Source of the DNA: Eledone cirrhosa
Lineage: Eukaryota
Length of the DNA: 64,000 nt
Assembly: GCA_964016885.1 (NCBI GenBank)
Contig: OZ024742.1
Coordinates: 354,206,001 to 354,270,000 of the forward strand
Direction of reading: 5' to 3'
A model generated the notes under the pieces. That model worked only from the letters and a program-made list of their open reading frames with translations, had not been told where the DNA came from and searched no databases. Positions 60,294-64,000 of the stretch are shown here, piece after piece. The first letter of the stretch is position 1; each line of letters starts with the position of its first letter. A program made the position numbers and the translations under genes.

Positions 60294-60436
60294 TATACAT
60301 AAATATATATATATATATATATATAAATATATATATACATATATATATATATATATGTGTATATATATATATATACATATGTATATGTATATATATATAT
60401 ATATATATACATATATATAACGTATATATATATATT

Positions 60437-60901
<465 letters not shown>

Positions 60902-60939
60902 TATATATATATATATACATATATATACGTATATATATA

Positions 60940-61045
<106 letters not shown>

Positions 61046-61092
61046 TATATATACGTATGTATATATGTATATATATATATATATATATATTT

Positions 61093-61157
<65 letters not shown>

Positions 61158-61160
<3 letters not shown>

Positions 61161-61703
61161 ATGAAATGACAGGAGGCTGGATTTGTGTAAATCCTTGAAA
61201 GGTTTATTATACTATGATCATTTCAATGACCGGGTTCCGTATGAATCCGGTGATATCATCAGGTATTCGAAATATAATACGTGAATGTAATAGGTAAAAT
61301 CTTTCTTTCTTTTACCTTGTGTCATGAGATCGACGTTAACCTATGCTCCCATCTCTTTCTGTTTTCGTTCATCTGACCGGTAGTAGCATACTATAAAGTT
61401 TAGCCACGTCACTCCAGGGCGACCGGCTGAGGTTGAAGGAACAGAATAGCGGTCGCCCTCGGGTCTCGATTTTCAGCCCCATGGATTTTACCTATTACAT
61501 TCACGTATTATATTTCGAATACCTGATGATATCACCGGATTCATACGGAACCCGGTCATTGAAATGATCATAGTATAATAAACCTTTCAAGGATTTACAC
61601 AAATCCAGCCTCCTGTCATTTCATTATAATATTTAACTCCGTAATAGCACCACCAACTACAAAAACAAAGACGGTTGAACTGCTTTACGTTGAGTACTCT
61701 CTA
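61158..61703 (+). mobile_element. Fold-back pLTR remnant (61158-61301 / 61484-61629) with a degenerate hammerhead
   Basis: CTGATGA 61523-61529 ... GAAC-CCGG-TC ending 61557. Confidence 0.6.
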
Positions 61704-61770
61704 TATTATTGCATTACGATTGACCATACGGAATAGACCAGCTCTATACAGTGGTGAACCTCAAACCTGA

Positions 61771-61831
<61 letters not shown>

Positions 61832-61874
61832 CATTTTTATATATATATATATACATATACATATGTATATATAT

Positions 61875-62079
61875 AACGAAGGAAATGTGGTAAGGAGCCA
61901 GGTGGACCATAAAGCACCAAAGTACTCAATACTTATGGTAGTAGAGTGGGTAATAGGAACCAGTAAGAAACCGACGGCTGAGCTCAAGCCGTTTCGACGG
62001 CTAATTCTGGACGGCTAATTCTGTCCAGAATTAGCCGTCGAAACGGCTTGAATTCAGCCGTCGGGGTCTTACTGGTTCC

Positions 62080-62080
<1 letters not shown>
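61875..62080 (-). mobile_element. Fold-back mini-copy of family A
   Basis: Same layout as 46-231. Confidence 0.75.
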
Positions 62081-62111
<31 letters not shown>

Positions 62112-62122
62112 TATACATATAC

Positions 62123-62188
<66 letters not shown>

Positions 62189-62330
62189 GACTATATACAC
62201 ACATATAATTATATAAATGTTGTATGTTATCTGATGAAAGCGCAACAAAACTTGACTTGGTTGCTCTTGAAATATATATAATAAAATAATTATGCTTTTA
62301 TAAATATAGTTTCCATTTATTAATATAATG

Positions 62331-62361
<31 letters not shown>

Positions 62362-62362
62362 G

Positions 62363-62462
<100 letters not shown>

Positions 62463-62546
62463 CATATAAATATATATACATATATGTATATATGTACATA
62501 TATATATATATATGTATATATGTACATATATATATATATATATATA

Positions 62547-64000
62547 TTGGAATAAATGCTCTGAAATAGCGATATATATGTGAATATAGACATAGAATAT
62601 TCGAAAATATTCTGTATGTTTATAATAAACATTTTGAAGACCTAATCGCTATAGAATAGAATACGTCACGTATTACAATTAGATTCTGTACACAGCTAAG
62701 TATTCTATAAGTCTCTAGCTGTGTCATTCTCGATAAAAGCACTGGATATGTAGTCCTGATGATTTCTAACAAGAATGAAACGCGTAGATTACTTCCCTTG
62801 CTTTTATCGAGAATCTAATTGTAATACGTGACGTATTCTATTCTATAGCGATTAGGTCTTCAAAATGTTTATTATAAACATACAGAATATTTTCGAATAT
62901 TCTATGTCTATATTCACATATATATCGCTATTTCAGAGCATTTATTCCAATTTCTAATTTCTGCCGGACCGGCAACCGCTCTTTCAAACCAGTTCCTGTA
63001 CACAGCTAAGTATTCTATAAGTCTCTAGCTGTGTCATTCTCGATAAAAGCACTGGATATGTAGTCCTGATGATTTCTAACAAGAATGAAACGCGTAGATT
63101 ACTTCCCTTGCTTTTATCGAGAATCTAATTGTAATACGTGACGTATTCTATTCTATAGCGATTAGGTCTTCAAAATGTTTATTATAAACATACAGAATAT
63201 TTTCGAATATTCTATGTCTATATTCACATATATATCGCTATTTCAGAGCATTTATTCCAATTTCTAATTTCTGCCGGACCGGCAACCGCTCTTTCAAACC
63301 AGTTCCTGTACACAGCTAAGTATTCTATAAGTCTCTAGCTGTGTCATTCTCGATAAAAGCACTGGATATGTAGTCCTGATGATTTCTAACAAGAATGAAA
63401 CGCGTAGATTACTTCCCTTGCTTTTATCGAGAATCTAATTGTAATACGTGACGTATTCTATTCTATAGCGATTAGGTCTTCAAAATGTTTATTATAAACA
63501 TACAGAATATTTTCGAATATTCTATGTCTATATTCACATATATATCGCTATTTCAGAGCATTTATTCCAATTTCTAATTTCTGCCGGACCGGCAACCGCT
63601 CTTTCAAACCAGTTCCTGTACACAGCTAAGTATTCTATAAGTCTCTAGCTGTGTCATTCTCGATAAAAGCACTGGATATGTAGTCCTGATGATTTCTAAC
63701 AAGAATGAAACGCGTAGATTACTTCCCTTGCTTTTATCGAGAATCTAATTGTAATACGTGACGTATTCTATTCTATAGCGATTAGGTCTTCAAAATGTTT
63801 ATTATAAACATACAGAATATTTTCGAATATTCTATGTCTATATTCACATATATATCGCTATTTCAGAGCATTTATTCCAATTTCTAATTTCTGCCGGACC
63901 GGCAACCGCTCTTTCAAACCAGTTCCTGTACACTGCTAAGTATTCTATAAGTCTCTAGCTGTGTCATTCTCGATAAAAGCACTGGATATGTAGTCCTGAT
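62547..64000 (+). mobile_element. 310-bp hammerhead tandem array (non-LTR retrozyme-like), >4 units, with a 5' inverted partial unit (62547-62687); runs off the window
   Basis: Unit marker at 62691, 63001, 63311, 63621 and 63931; no ORF; one intact HHR per unit. Confidence 0.9.
62726..62814 (+). ncRNA. Minimal type I hammerhead ribozyme (repeated at +310, +620, +930)
   Basis: GTAGTC-CTGATGA(62756-62762)-T-TTCT-AACA-AGAA-T-GAAA-CGCG-TA-GATTAC; outer 16-bp stem ATTCTCGATAAAAGCA/TGCTTTTATCGAGAAT; predicted cut after 62786. Confidence 0.88.

Noticed and set aside
62687-64000. CRISPR-like regular repeats
   Set aside because: Whole units are identical with no unique spacers, and the context is eukaryotic.

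Overview
AT-rich, repeat-saturated animal (eukaryotic) genomic DNA with no host gene I can support. The (TA)n/(CA)n/(TAA)n load and the tRNA-derived SINE family suggest an octopod cephalopod (inference). Most ORFs in the track are microsatellite artefacts. The real coding remnants all belong to mobile elements: several Penelope-like elements (PLEs; Naiad-type with a CxCx5Cx5C linker, and one young Neptune-type), a 45.8-58.5 kb cluster of R4/Dong-type and L1/Tx1-type LINEs sitting in (TAA)n tracts, RTE and CRE fragments, and a pogo/Tc2-type DNA transposon. The main unannotated signal is RNA-level. About a dozen sequence-unrelated hammerhead-ribozyme (HHR) motifs lie in PLE pseudo-LTRs, fold-back mini-elements and non-coding tandem arrays inserted in (TA)n. 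These include a near-identical 310-bp retrozyme-like array (62.7-64 kb), a 522-bp array with a helix-II-less core, and four unrelated families with the compensatory U3-A8 core (UUGANAA) that a CUGANGA search would miss. All folds were paired by eye and no activity is demonstrated.
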